From: Terriglobia bacterium
GTDB taxonomy: Bacteria; Acidobacteriota; Terriglobia; 20CM-2-55-15
Length of the DNA stretch: 64,000 nt
Direction of reading: 5' to 3'
Assembly: GCA_965198225.1 (NCBI GenBank)
Contig: CBDAOY010000007.1
Span: 224,001-288,000 of the forward strand
Below, piece by piece: positions 1 through 8,528 of the stretch. Below the pieces are notes generated by a model that was not told the DNA's origin, made no database searches, and saw only the letters and a program-made list of their open reading frames with translations. The first letter of the stretch is position 1, and each line of letters opens with the position of its first letter. A program made the translations under genes and the position numbers.

Positions 1-734
1 TTCGAAGGCTCCAGCCGGGTGAGCGGAGATAGGGGGCCTGTCTGGACTCGGGACGGTAGCAGAATTGCTTTCATGTCAGACCGGCAACCGCCGAACGACA
101 TTTATTGGAAACCGGCGGATGGCAGCGGCGAGGCCGAACTGCTCCTGGAACAAGATTTCCACCTGGTACCGGTCTCGTGGTCCCCGGACGACGATGTCCT
201 GGCGTTTTATCTCATCGACCCGGAAACGCAACGAGACATCTGGACTCTTCAAGTGAACGATGCCGCGGCAAAGCCGGAACCTTTTCTCGCTGGCCCAGCC
301 GATGAAAGAGCCCCAGCGTTTTCACCGGGTGGCAATTGGATCGCTTACGTTTCAGATGAGACGGGGCGGGACGAAGTTTGGGTGAAACCGTATCCAAGCA
401 CGAGTGGAGGCCAGCGACGGATTTCGACCGGGAGTGTCGAGCCCGTGTGGTCGCATGATGGCCGAGAATTATTCTTCCGCACGATCGAGGGGGACATGAT
501 GGCGGTACAGGTGGACGTCGGCACACCCTTCACATTCGAGCCGCCTCGAAAGCTCTTCGACGGACGTATATGAACTTTGAGGATCCCTCTCAGCGAGGAG
601 TGCAAACATACGATGTTCATCCGGACGGAGATCGTTTCCTGATGGTTACAGAGCCACAAGAACAGATCAGCGAAAGGATCCACATCGTCGTGAACTGGTT
701 TCAAGAGCTGAAAGAACGCGTGCCGGTGCCATGA
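1..734 (+). CDS. C-terminal TolB/PD40 beta-propeller part of a Ser/Thr kinase-propeller protein; 5' end outside window; frameshift near 563
   Basis: Repeated P.WS.DG motifs. After a 1-nt shift the frame continues YDVHPDGDRFLM...NWFQELKERVPVP* (stop 732-734), matching the C-termini of the kinases ending at 8528 and 11182. Confidence 0.8.
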
Positions 735-778
735 TCTTCTCGTCTGAGTCGCGAACCCTGCAAGGTTCTGGGAACCGA

Positions 779-1094
779 TTGTTCAGTTCTGTTCAGTCGA
801 GCGACGCATCGGACTCGTTGCCAACCCGCAAACACGTCGTGGTGAACGGTGGAGTGGGTCAAAAGAGATGGAATGAGCCCCTGTTTGACCACAGGCGCTC
901 ATCGGACTTGACGCTCGTTTAGAAATAGCTGATACTAAAGGCCTTACCGAAGGGATCGTAGCTCAGTCGGAAGAGCGCCTGCTTTACACAACAACTCAAA
1001 CACACCATCTTGTTGGTTCTTCGTGCCTGTTGGTTGGGTCAGGGCATGGTGTTACATGGTATTCGGCAGAAAATTGTTCAGTAAATTGTTCAGT
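779..1094 (+). repeat. att-like junction J1: arm-type repeat pair, tRNA-Val 5' half (952-989), second arm-type pair
   Basis: TTGTTCAGT-TCTGTTCAGT 779-797; CAGGCGCTCATCGGACTTGACG 892-913; GGGATCGTAGCTCAGTCGGAAGAGCGCCTGCTTTACAC 952-989; AAATTGTTCAGT x2 at 1071-1094. Confidence 0.9.
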
Positions 1095-1283
1095 CGGCCT
1101 TAAAGCAGGGTCATTCTTATTCGCGGCAACCGGACTCACCGCACTCGTCTCAAGGCGCCATTTGTCCGATACGCCAGTTTCACCTACCCGACACTTTGAT
1201 TGCTTCCAACTCCCACCTTTCGTAGTATTTACGCAAGTTTTTCCTGATCATGGCGAGGGAACGCCTGCGAGGCAGCGCGGCCT

Positions 1284-4082
1284 ATGGCTCTCACGGCAGG
1301 TACACGTCTGGGTCCCTACGAAATCGGCGCCCAACTCGGCGCTGGTGGTATGGGCGAGGTGTATCGTGCCACCGACACCCGTCTGGACCGCACGGTTGCC
1401 ATCAAAGTCCTTCCTCAACACCTCGCCGACGAACCGCAACGTCGGGAACGCTTCGAGCGTGAAGCCAAAGCCGTCAGCAGCCTGAACCATCCGCATATCT
1501 GCACGCTCCACGACGTGGGTGAACAGGACGGGATTCACTACCTCGTCATGGAGTACGTGGAGGGCGACACACTCCAGCAGCGATTGGAGAAGGGACGATT
1601 GCCGCTCGATCAGGCGCTCGAATACTCCATCCAGATCGCGGACGCGTTGGACAAGGCGCATCGGCAAGGTGTTGTGCACCGGGATCTGAAGCCTGGGAAC
1701 ATCATGATCACGAAATCAGCTGGCGTGAAGTTGCTCGACTTCGGGTTGGCGAAACTGAAGGGCGACGCCGGCCACGTGTCTCCTCTGTCGCAGTTGCCCA
1801 CGCAGGACGCCTCCGCACCTCTCACCGCTGAAGGCACCATCCTCGGCACGCTCCAGTACATGGCACCCGAGCAGTTGGAGGGCAAGGAAGCCGACGCCCG
1901 GACGGACATTTTCGCGTTCGGTGCCGTCGTCTACGAGATAGTGACGGGGAAGAAAGCGTTTGAGGGATCGAGTCAGGCAAGTTTGATCGCGGCGATCATC
2001 GAGCGCCAACCACCGGCGATTTCGGAACAGCAGGTTCTGGCCCCTTCGGCCTTGGACCGTTTGGTTCGCACTTGCTTGGCCAAAGATCCTGATGACAGGT
2101 GGCAGTCTATGGCGGACCTCTGTCGCGAACTTGAGTGGCTTTCCAGAAGGGAAACTGTCGATGTGCAGGCGATTAAGGAATCTCGGAGTCGTTCAAACAA
2201 GATTCAAACTGCAATGATCGTCGCGCTCCTCCTGGTTGTGTCGGTCATAGCAATCTCCTACTTCAGCGAAAGTGATCCACTACAAAGTTCCACCGCAGGG
2301 CAGCAAGTTCGGCAGCAACTGACCTATCAAGAATCGGCAAGCAAACCATCGTTATCACCGGACGGCGAGTTTCTCGCTTACGGAGTTGCTGACTGTTCCC
2401 CGGGCGCGGCCTGCAGAGCGCAACTTATGGTCAAGGATCTTGCAGGCGGAGATCCTATTTCGCTTGGTCCTGAGATTTCCTTTGACGGCCAGGAACTTAG
2501 GCCAAACTTTTTCTGGTCCATCGAGTGGAGTCCCGACGGTCAGGAATTGCTCTTTACTGCCCGCTACAATTCGAACCCTGAACTCTCAGGAGTCTACAGG
2601 ATTCCAAGACTGGGTGGTTTCGCCGAGCGGGTCGCAACGGAAGGTGTAGTTACATCTGCGGCGTATCGATTCGACGGAGAAACAATTGACTGGATTGCGA
2701 AGCCAGAAGGGCTCCAAGCGCAATCAGTCATGCGAACCAAGCAGGAAAACTCTGAAGTAGTGACTCGCACGTTGCCTATACGCGCCACACACCACCAATG
2801 GTCACCGGATGGTCAATGGCTTGCGTTGGTGGGGGCACCTGGGTTTGGCTTTTTCCGGAGCGGACCTGAAGTCGTGATCATGAGCCCGAGTTTTGAGATC
2901 GCAGACAAGATTCAGATAGGAAGTGCGACGGAGGGCTGGCCACACGTGCGTTGGCATCCGAGCGGGAACGCCATTTATCTCATGGTTGAGGGGGACCTTT
3001 TACGCGTCGAGATAGATGAGTCGAGCGGTACTTTCCTCAGCACCGAGGAGGTGGTTAGCGGCGTAGAGCCCCACGGTCTGCGGCAGTCCGAATTCGATGT
3101 CTCCCGGGACGGTCTATCCTTCGTCCATACACTGACGCGCGAGCGAATCGAAATTCGAGCCCTAGAAGCAAGTAACGATGGTCTCACAATGTCCGTACTC
3201 GCCGGCGGCATGACGTGGCGCGATTTCCCGGCCCTGTCGCCGGATGGAGAGATCGTCGCATACGTTCGGGAAGACCAACTGGGCTCGAACATTTATGTTG
3301 TTCCTTTCCGAGGTGGAGTCGAGCGAGCACTCACGGCCACGGCGAATGAGAAAACTCATCCACGCTGGTCCCCCGACGGCTCCCAGCTTGCCTATGTTGC
3401 ATTGGAGGATGAAGCTGTCTGGTTGAACGTCACAGCAAGTGTACCTGGGCAGATTGAGCAGATTGCGCGCCTATATGGGGCTGACACTCCTCCTTTTGCC
3501 TGGTATCCGGACAGCGAAAGACTGCTATTTGTAGACGAGTCTGGAAGGCTTTCGATTGCTACACTCGGAGAAGAAGATGTCCAGCACCTGATGGCTTTGT
3601 CGGACACGCCTGGAATAGGTTGGGGCGTGTCTGTGGAGCCGAACAGCGAATCAGTTGCAGTTTTTAATCACGGTCTCGGCGTAGAAGCGGGACTCCCCAT
3701 ATGGCTGGACGTTGCTTCGCTCGCTACTACGGCAAGCAAATGGACAACAGTCTTCAGGTCCCAGTTGGAGAATCTCGTAACGTCCACGCAGTCCGTTGGC
3801 AGCGCCGCCCTGATAGGATGGGTTCGTGGAGGCCTGCACGGTTGGATGCCCGATGGACGGCTGCTTTTGCTGCACTCCCGTTCAGAAGGAGTCGAAGTGA
3901 GCGCCGGTGTATGGGCCATACCAGTGGACGGCGGTACCCCCGAACAGCTTCTGGATCTCAGCGAATCATGTGGCGCACCCACGTGGGGCTCCTTGACCCT
4001 GGACCTGCGACGGATCGTCTGTGCGTATCGCCAGTCCGAAATGGACATCTGGTTGATAAGCAGTTTTGACGGGCGGCAATAA
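1284..4082 (+). CDS. Hanks-type Ser/Thr protein kinase with TM helix and TolB-like beta-propeller
   Basis: GAGGMGEVY, VAIK, HRDLKPGN, DFG and APE motifs; hydrophobic segment; repeated WSPDG motifs. Confidence 0.93.
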   Translation: MALTAGTRLGPYEIGAQLGAGGMGEVYRATDTRLDRTVAIKVLPQHLADEPQRRERFEREAKAVSSLNHPHICTLHDVGEQDGIHYLVMEYVEGDTLQQRLEKGRLPLDQALEYSIQIADALDKAHRQGVVHRDLKPGNIMITKSAGVKLLDFGLAKLKGDAGHVSPLSQLPTQDASAPLTAEGTILGTLQYMAPEQLEGKEADARTDIFAFGAVVYEIVTGKKAFEGSSQASLIAAIIERQPPAISEQQVLAPSALDRLVRTCLAKDPDDRWQSMADLCRELEWLSRRETVDVQAIKESRSRSNKIQTAMIVALLLVVSVIAISYFSESDPLQSSTAGQQVRQQLTYQESASKPSLSPDGEFLAYGVADCSPGAACRAQLMVKDLAGGDPISLGPEISFDGQELRPNFFWSIEWSPDGQELLFTARYNSNPELSGVYRIPRLGGFAERVATEGVVTSAAYRFDGETIDWIAKPEGLQAQSVMRTKQENSEVVTRTLPIRATHHQWSPDGQWLALVGAPGFGFFRSGPEVVIMSPSFEIADKIQIGSATEGWPHVRWHPSGNAIYLMVEGDLLRVEIDESSGTFLSTEEVVSGVEPHGLRQSEFDVSRDGLSFVHTLTRERIEIRALEASNDGLTMSVLAGGMTWRDFPALSPDGEIVAYVREDQLGSNIYVVPFRGGVERALTATANEKTHPRWSPDGSQLAYVALEDEAVWLNVTASVPGQIEQIARLYGADTPPFAWYPDSERLLFVDESGRLSIATLGEEDVQHLMALSDTPGIGWGVSVEPNSESVAVFNHGLGVEAGLPIWLDVASLATTASKWTTVFRSQLENLVTSTQSVGSAALIGWVRGGLHGWMPDGRLLLLHSRSEGVEVSAGVWAIPVDGGTPEQLLDLSESCGAPTWGSLTLDLRRIVCAYRQSEMDIWLISSFDGRQ

Positions 4083-4084
4083 CG

Positions 4085-4117
4085 ATGATTCCCGGCACCC
4101 AACTCGGCAGCTACGAA
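4085..4117 (+). pseudogene. 11-codon stub resembling a kinase N-terminus (MIPGTQLGSYE)
   Basis: Resembles AGTRLGPYE and MIGKTLGHYE of the neighbouring kinases; begins 2 nt after the previous kinase stop. Confidence 0.55.
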
Positions 4118-4161
4118 CCCACTTTTCCCCGAGTACGATTCGCGTGCAGCAGGAGGAATCC

Positions 4162-5781
4162 ATGAACCGTAGAGAGGTATTGGCCGGTCTGTTGGCCGCG
4201 GCAGCGTTTGGCCCTGATGCTTGTGGCACAGCCTTTGCAGAGGCCCAACAGGAGAACGCGTCGTTCGATCCGAGGACTCCACGCCCGCTGCGGTCGCCGA
4301 CCCTGCGTGAATTCCGTGCGATCGCCGAGGACTACGGGCTGGAACTTACCGACAGTGAACTCAACGTGTACCTGGAACGCATGAAACCTCAACTGGCTTC
4401 CTTGCGGAAGCTGGAGCAGATGGCCGAGCCGACTTTGCCCGTGAAGTACCCACGAACACCGGGCTACCGGCCAAAACGGGAGGACAACCCGCTTAACGCG
4501 TGGTTCTGGAAATGCTCCATCAAGGGGGCCTCGAGCGGATTGCTGGCCGGCAAGAAAGTGGTCGTCAAGGACACGTATTGTGTTGCAGGGTTGCCTCTGA
4601 CCAACGGTTCAAGCGTCTTGGATGGATTCGTTCCCAACGTCGACGCGACGGTGGTGACCCGGATTCTCGATGCTGGCGGCGAGATCGTCGGCAAATCAGT
4701 CTGCGAGGCGTTTTCATTTTCTGGAGGCAGCCACACTTCAGACACCGGCCCAGTAGTAAACCCCCACGACCGAACCCGCTCGGCCGGGGGTTCCTCAAGC
4801 GGAAGTGGGGCTCTTGTGGCCGCCGGCGAAGTCGACATCGCGACGGGAGGCGACCAGGGCGGATCGATCCGCATTCCCAGTTCCTGGTGCGGGATCTTCG
4901 GTCTCAAGCCGACCTACGGTCTGGTGCCGTATACGGGCATTTTCCCCGGAGAAATGACCATCGACCATACAGGGCCGATGGCCCGGACGGTCGAGGATTG
5001 CGCGCTACTGCTCGAGTCGGTCGCAGGACCGGACGGTTTCGACCCGCGACAGTGGGAACGCCGCGAGGGCGAAACCTACAGCCAGATGCTGACCGGAGAT
5101 GCCCGTGGACTTCGGTGTGGCGTTCTCAAGGAAGGGTTCGGGCGGCCGGAGGGGGAGACAGATGTCGACAATTTGGTCCGCGAGGCAGCAGAGCGGCTCA
5201 CGAGGACTGGGGCATCGGTCACCGAGGTTTCTGTTCCGATGCATCTGGAGGCCGCTGCAATATGGTCCGGCTTGAATGCGGGAGTCCTGCACCTCATGGA
5301 GAGCGGTGCGGTTGGAACGAACTGGCAGGGATTCTACCTGACGCAGTTAGTGGATGCTCTGGGGGCGCGAATGAAGGAGCGCGCAAACGACTGGCCTCCG
5401 AATGTCAAAGGATACATGCTCGGCGCCCGTTGGGTGCGAGACAACTATCACGGGCGTCATTATGCCAAGATGCAGAACATGAGAGGCGTTCTGCGAGACG
5501 CGTACAACCACGCCTTCGATGAGGTCGACCTGTTGGTCCTTCCGACGATTCCGATGAAAGCAACGCCCATACCGCCACCCGACGCGGATCTGAACCAAGT
5601 TGTCGAGCGCGCCGAAGAAATGTCCGGGAACACTTACCCATTCAATTTATCCGGCCACCCGGCAATGAACGTGCCCTGCGGCATGTCGGAAGGCCTCCCG
5701 GTCGGGATGATGCTCGTTGGACGACATGGGGAGGACGGGACGGTTCTACGAGCCGCCCATGCTTTCGAGCAACTCGGGTGA
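4162..5781 (+). CDS. Amidase signature family protein with probable Tat signal
   Basis: RBS AGGAGG at 4151; MNRREVLAGLLAAAAFG leader; GGSSSGSG and GDQGGSIRIP signature motifs. Confidence 0.92.
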   Translation: MNRREVLAGLLAAAAFGPDACGTAFAEAQQENASFDPRTPRPLRSPTLREFRAIAEDYGLELTDSELNVYLERMKPQLASLRKLEQMAEPTLPVKYPRTPGYRPKREDNPLNAWFWKCSIKGASSGLLAGKKVVVKDTYCVAGLPLTNGSSVLDGFVPNVDATVVTRILDAGGEIVGKSVCEAFSFSGGSHTSDTGPVVNPHDRTRSAGGSSSGSGALVAAGEVDIATGGDQGGSIRIPSSWCGIFGLKPTYGLVPYTGIFPGEMTIDHTGPMARTVEDCALLLESVAGPDGFDPRQWERREGETYSQMLTGDARGLRCGVLKEGFGRPEGETDVDNLVREAAERLTRTGASVTEVSVPMHLEAAAIWSGLNAGVLHLMESGAVGTNWQGFYLTQLVDALGARMKERANDWPPNVKGYMLGARWVRDNYHGRHYAKMQNMRGVLRDAYNHAFDEVDLLVLPTIPMKATPIPPPDADLNQVVERAEEMSGNTYPFNLSGHPAMNVPCGMSEGLPVGMMLVGRHGEDGTVLRAAHAFEQLG

Positions 5782-5825
5782 CACGACAGGTCCTTCGGAA
5801 AATAAGGGGGTTGGACACGGAGAAA

Positions 5826-8528
5826 ATGATCGGCAAAACGCTCGGTCACTACGAGATCACCGACAAGCTCGGTCAGGGCGGCATGGGATCGGTGTGGCTG
5901 GCGCAGGATTCGAAGCTGGGTCGGCAGGTCGCGATCAAGACCCTCCCGGAAGAGTTTGCACAGGACGAAGAGCGCCTGGCCCGGTTTGAACGGGAAGCCA
6001 AACTGCTGGCATCGTTGAACCACCCGAACATTGCCGCCATCTACGGACTGGAAGAAGACACCGGCACCCGCTTCCTTGTTCTGGAACTCGTCGAAGGTGA
6101 CACGCTTGCAGATCGGTTGAAGCGCGGTGCCGTCCCTGTCGAAGAATCCCTCAAACTCGCCTTGCAGATCGCAAAAGCCCTCGAAGCGGCGCACGAGAAG
6201 GGTGTCATCCACCGGGACCTGAAACCCGCCAACATCAAGGTCACATCCGAGGAGAGGATCAAGGTTCTGGACTTCGGGTTGGCGAAGGCGTTCGCGGGCG
6301 ATGGTGCCGATGCGAGCCTCTCAAATTCACCAACCCTGAGCATGGCGGCAACGCAACAGGGGGTGATTCTCGGTACCGCAGCCTATATGAGTCCTGAGCA
6401 GGCGAGTGGCGAAGCGACTGATAAGAGAGCCGACATTTGGTCCTTTGGTGTCGTCCTGTTTGAACTGCTGGTCGGACGACAGGTATTCACCGGCAGGACG
6501 GCCTCCCACGTGATGGGGGCAGTCCTGAACATCGAACCAGACTGGAACAGTTTGCCTCCGAATCTCCATCCTCGACTCCGATTGCTTCTTGAACGCTGCC
6601 TGGAAAAGGAGGCCAAGGACCGGGGCCACGACATTGCCGACGTGCGCGTGGATATTCAGAAGGTGCTCGCTGATCCCAACGGGGTGATGGTCCAGGAGGC
6701 TGCCGAAGTCCGGGCGTCGCGACCACCCCTTTCCTGGGTCGCACTCACAGCCGTTCTCAGTATGGCCCTCGTTGGAGTCACAGTCTGGAACATGAGGCCG
6801 ACAGCTCCACCTGACGCGGGACCAATCAGCCGCTTCGACTACCAACCGCCCGAAGGACTGCAGTTTGGAAACCCCGGGGGATCTCTAGTCGCAATTTCAC
6901 CCGACGGTCGTCACTTCGCCTACAACACCGCCGGCGGTCTCTACTTGCGCTCAATGGACGAACTTGAGGCCAGACTCCTCCCCGAAACCCAGGCAGGTGT
7001 CGCTACTCCGGTGTTCTCACCGGACAGTCGATGGATTGCGTACTGGTCCCAAACAGACGCCCAACTGAAAAAGATCGCCGTCGGTGGGGGTGCGCCCGTG
7101 ACCCTGTGCGATGCCGTCAGGCCTGATGGGGTGAGCTGGACAGTAGACGACACGTTACTGTTCGGTCGCCGCAACCAGTTTTCCACAGAGGGAGCCGCGA
7201 TCATGCGGATTTCCTCGAATGGAGGAACCCCAGAAGTACTAATCGAGGCTAGAGAAGGCGAACTGGTCTACGGGCCCCAGTTACTGCCCGATGGAGAGTC
7301 CGTACTCTTCACCGTGACGCGCGACACTGGGCCAACGCGGTGGGACCGGGCCCAGGTTGTCGTGGACTCGTCGGAATCGGGTGAGCGAAGGGTTCTGTTT
7401 GAGACCGGCAACGACGCGCGCTATGTGCCGACAGGCCATCTCACTTATGCGATTGACAATGTGCTGTTTGCAGTTCGGTTTGACGTTGTTGGCCTAGAGG
7501 TCGTTGGAGGTAGCGTTCCGGTCATTGAGGGCGTCGGGAGGGGTAGTTATCCGGGTCAGGCACGAGCCGCCGCGCACTATGGTTTCTCCGACAGTGGGAC
7601 GCTTGTATATCTCAGCGGAGGGGGGGGCTCACGCGATCCGAATCTGCTGCTTGTGGATCGTGAGGGGATCCCCGTCTCGGTGACGGATGACCGGCGCGAC
7701 TACGACGCCAACAGGATGTCCCCGGACGGTCAGAAGATCGCCGTTGGCGTAGTCTCGGTGGGAGAAAGCGACATTTGGGTCTATGACTTGCAGAGTGGGA
7801 CTCCGAGCCAGCTGACGGAGACCGACGGCAGGGAAAAGCGTTTTCCGACCTGGAGCCCAGACGGTTCGATGGTTGCGTTTACGGCGGACGGAGACATTTA
7901 CTGGAAGAAGGCGGACGGCAGCGAAGAAGCCGAGTTGTTGTGGGACGGCGAGTACCCCATCGATGATTACATGTCTTTCTCTTCGGACGGCAAGTACCTG
8001 GCCTTAGCCGAGCGTGGTGAGAACAAATCCAGCATATGGGTGCTATCAATGGAGAACCGGACGGCGGAGCCATTCCGGAATGATCCCGGTTCGGTATACC
8101 GCCCGATTTTTTCTCCAGATGGAAAGTGGATCGCCTACGACACCAATGAGTCCGGACGCGCGGAGGTGTGGGTCGCGCCATTTCCGGGTCCGGGGAGCAG
8201 AATTCAGGTTTCAACGGATGGAGGTGCGTTTCCGATGTGGTCTCCTGACTTGGGAGCGTTGTTCTTTCGGGGAGGTCCAGATAGCCAGGAGATCTGGGTG
8301 GCTCGAATCAAGCCCGAACCCTCTTTCAGCAGAAACGATCCGGCGGTCCTGTTCCGGCTCGACTTCCCGTTCCATGTTAACGACATCGATCCGGACGGCG
8401 AGCGGTTCCTGATGTTGGGGCTTGGGGATAGCGCAGGGCAGACTGGGGACACCGCCGCGCCAAGACAGGACATCATCATCGTCCAAAACTGGTTCGAGGA
8501 ACTGAAGGAACGGGTGCCTGTTCCATGA
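5826..8528 (+). CDS. Ser/Thr protein kinase with TM helix and TolB-like propeller
   Basis: VAIK, HRDLKPAN, DFG and YMSPEQ motifs; TM helix; SPDG repeats; ends NWFEELKERVPVP. Confidence 0.93.
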   Translation: MIGKTLGHYEITDKLGQGGMGSVWLAQDSKLGRQVAIKTLPEEFAQDEERLARFEREAKLLASLNHPNIAAIYGLEEDTGTRFLVLELVEGDTLADRLKRGAVPVEESLKLALQIAKALEAAHEKGVIHRDLKPANIKVTSEERIKVLDFGLAKAFAGDGADASLSNSPTLSMAATQQGVILGTAAYMSPEQASGEATDKRADIWSFGVVLFELLVGRQVFTGRTASHVMGAVLNIEPDWNSLPPNLHPRLRLLLERCLEKEAKDRGHDIADVRVDIQKVLADPNGVMVQEAAEVRASRPPLSWVALTAVLSMALVGVTVWNMRPTAPPDAGPISRFDYQPPEGLQFGNPGGSLVAISPDGRHFAYNTAGGLYLRSMDELEARLLPETQAGVATPVFSPDSRWIAYWSQTDAQLKKIAVGGGAPVTLCDAVRPDGVSWTVDDTLLFGRRNQFSTEGAAIMRISSNGGTPEVLIEAREGELVYGPQLLPDGESVLFTVTRDTGPTRWDRAQVVVDSSESGERRVLFETGNDARYVPTGHLTYAIDNVLFAVRFDVVGLEVVGGSVPVIEGVGRGSYPGQARAAAHYGFSDSGTLVYLSGGGGSRDPNLLLVDREGIPVSVTDDRRDYDANRMSPDGQKIAVGVVSVGESDIWVYDLQSGTPSQLTETDGREKRFPTWSPDGSMVAFTADGDIYWKKADGSEEAELLWDGEYPIDDYMSFSSDGKYLALAERGENKSSIWVLSMENRTAEPFRNDPGSVYRPIFSPDGKWIAYDTNESGRAEVWVAPFPGPGSRIQVSTDGGAFPMWSPDLGALFFRGGPDSQEIWVARIKPEPSFSRNDPAVLFRLDFPFHVNDIDPDGERFLMLGLGDSAGQTGDTAAPRQDIIIVQNWFEELKERVPVP

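Noticed and set aside
555-575. Programmed frameshift in the first kinase
   Set aside because: No slippery sequence is visible; a 1-nt loss in a short G run fits a sequencing error or simple mutation.
989-1015. XerCD dif-like site in CAACAA-N15-TTGTTG of the left ends
   Set aside because: Poor match to XerC/XerD arms and variable spacing (15-16 nt); treated as part of the element end.
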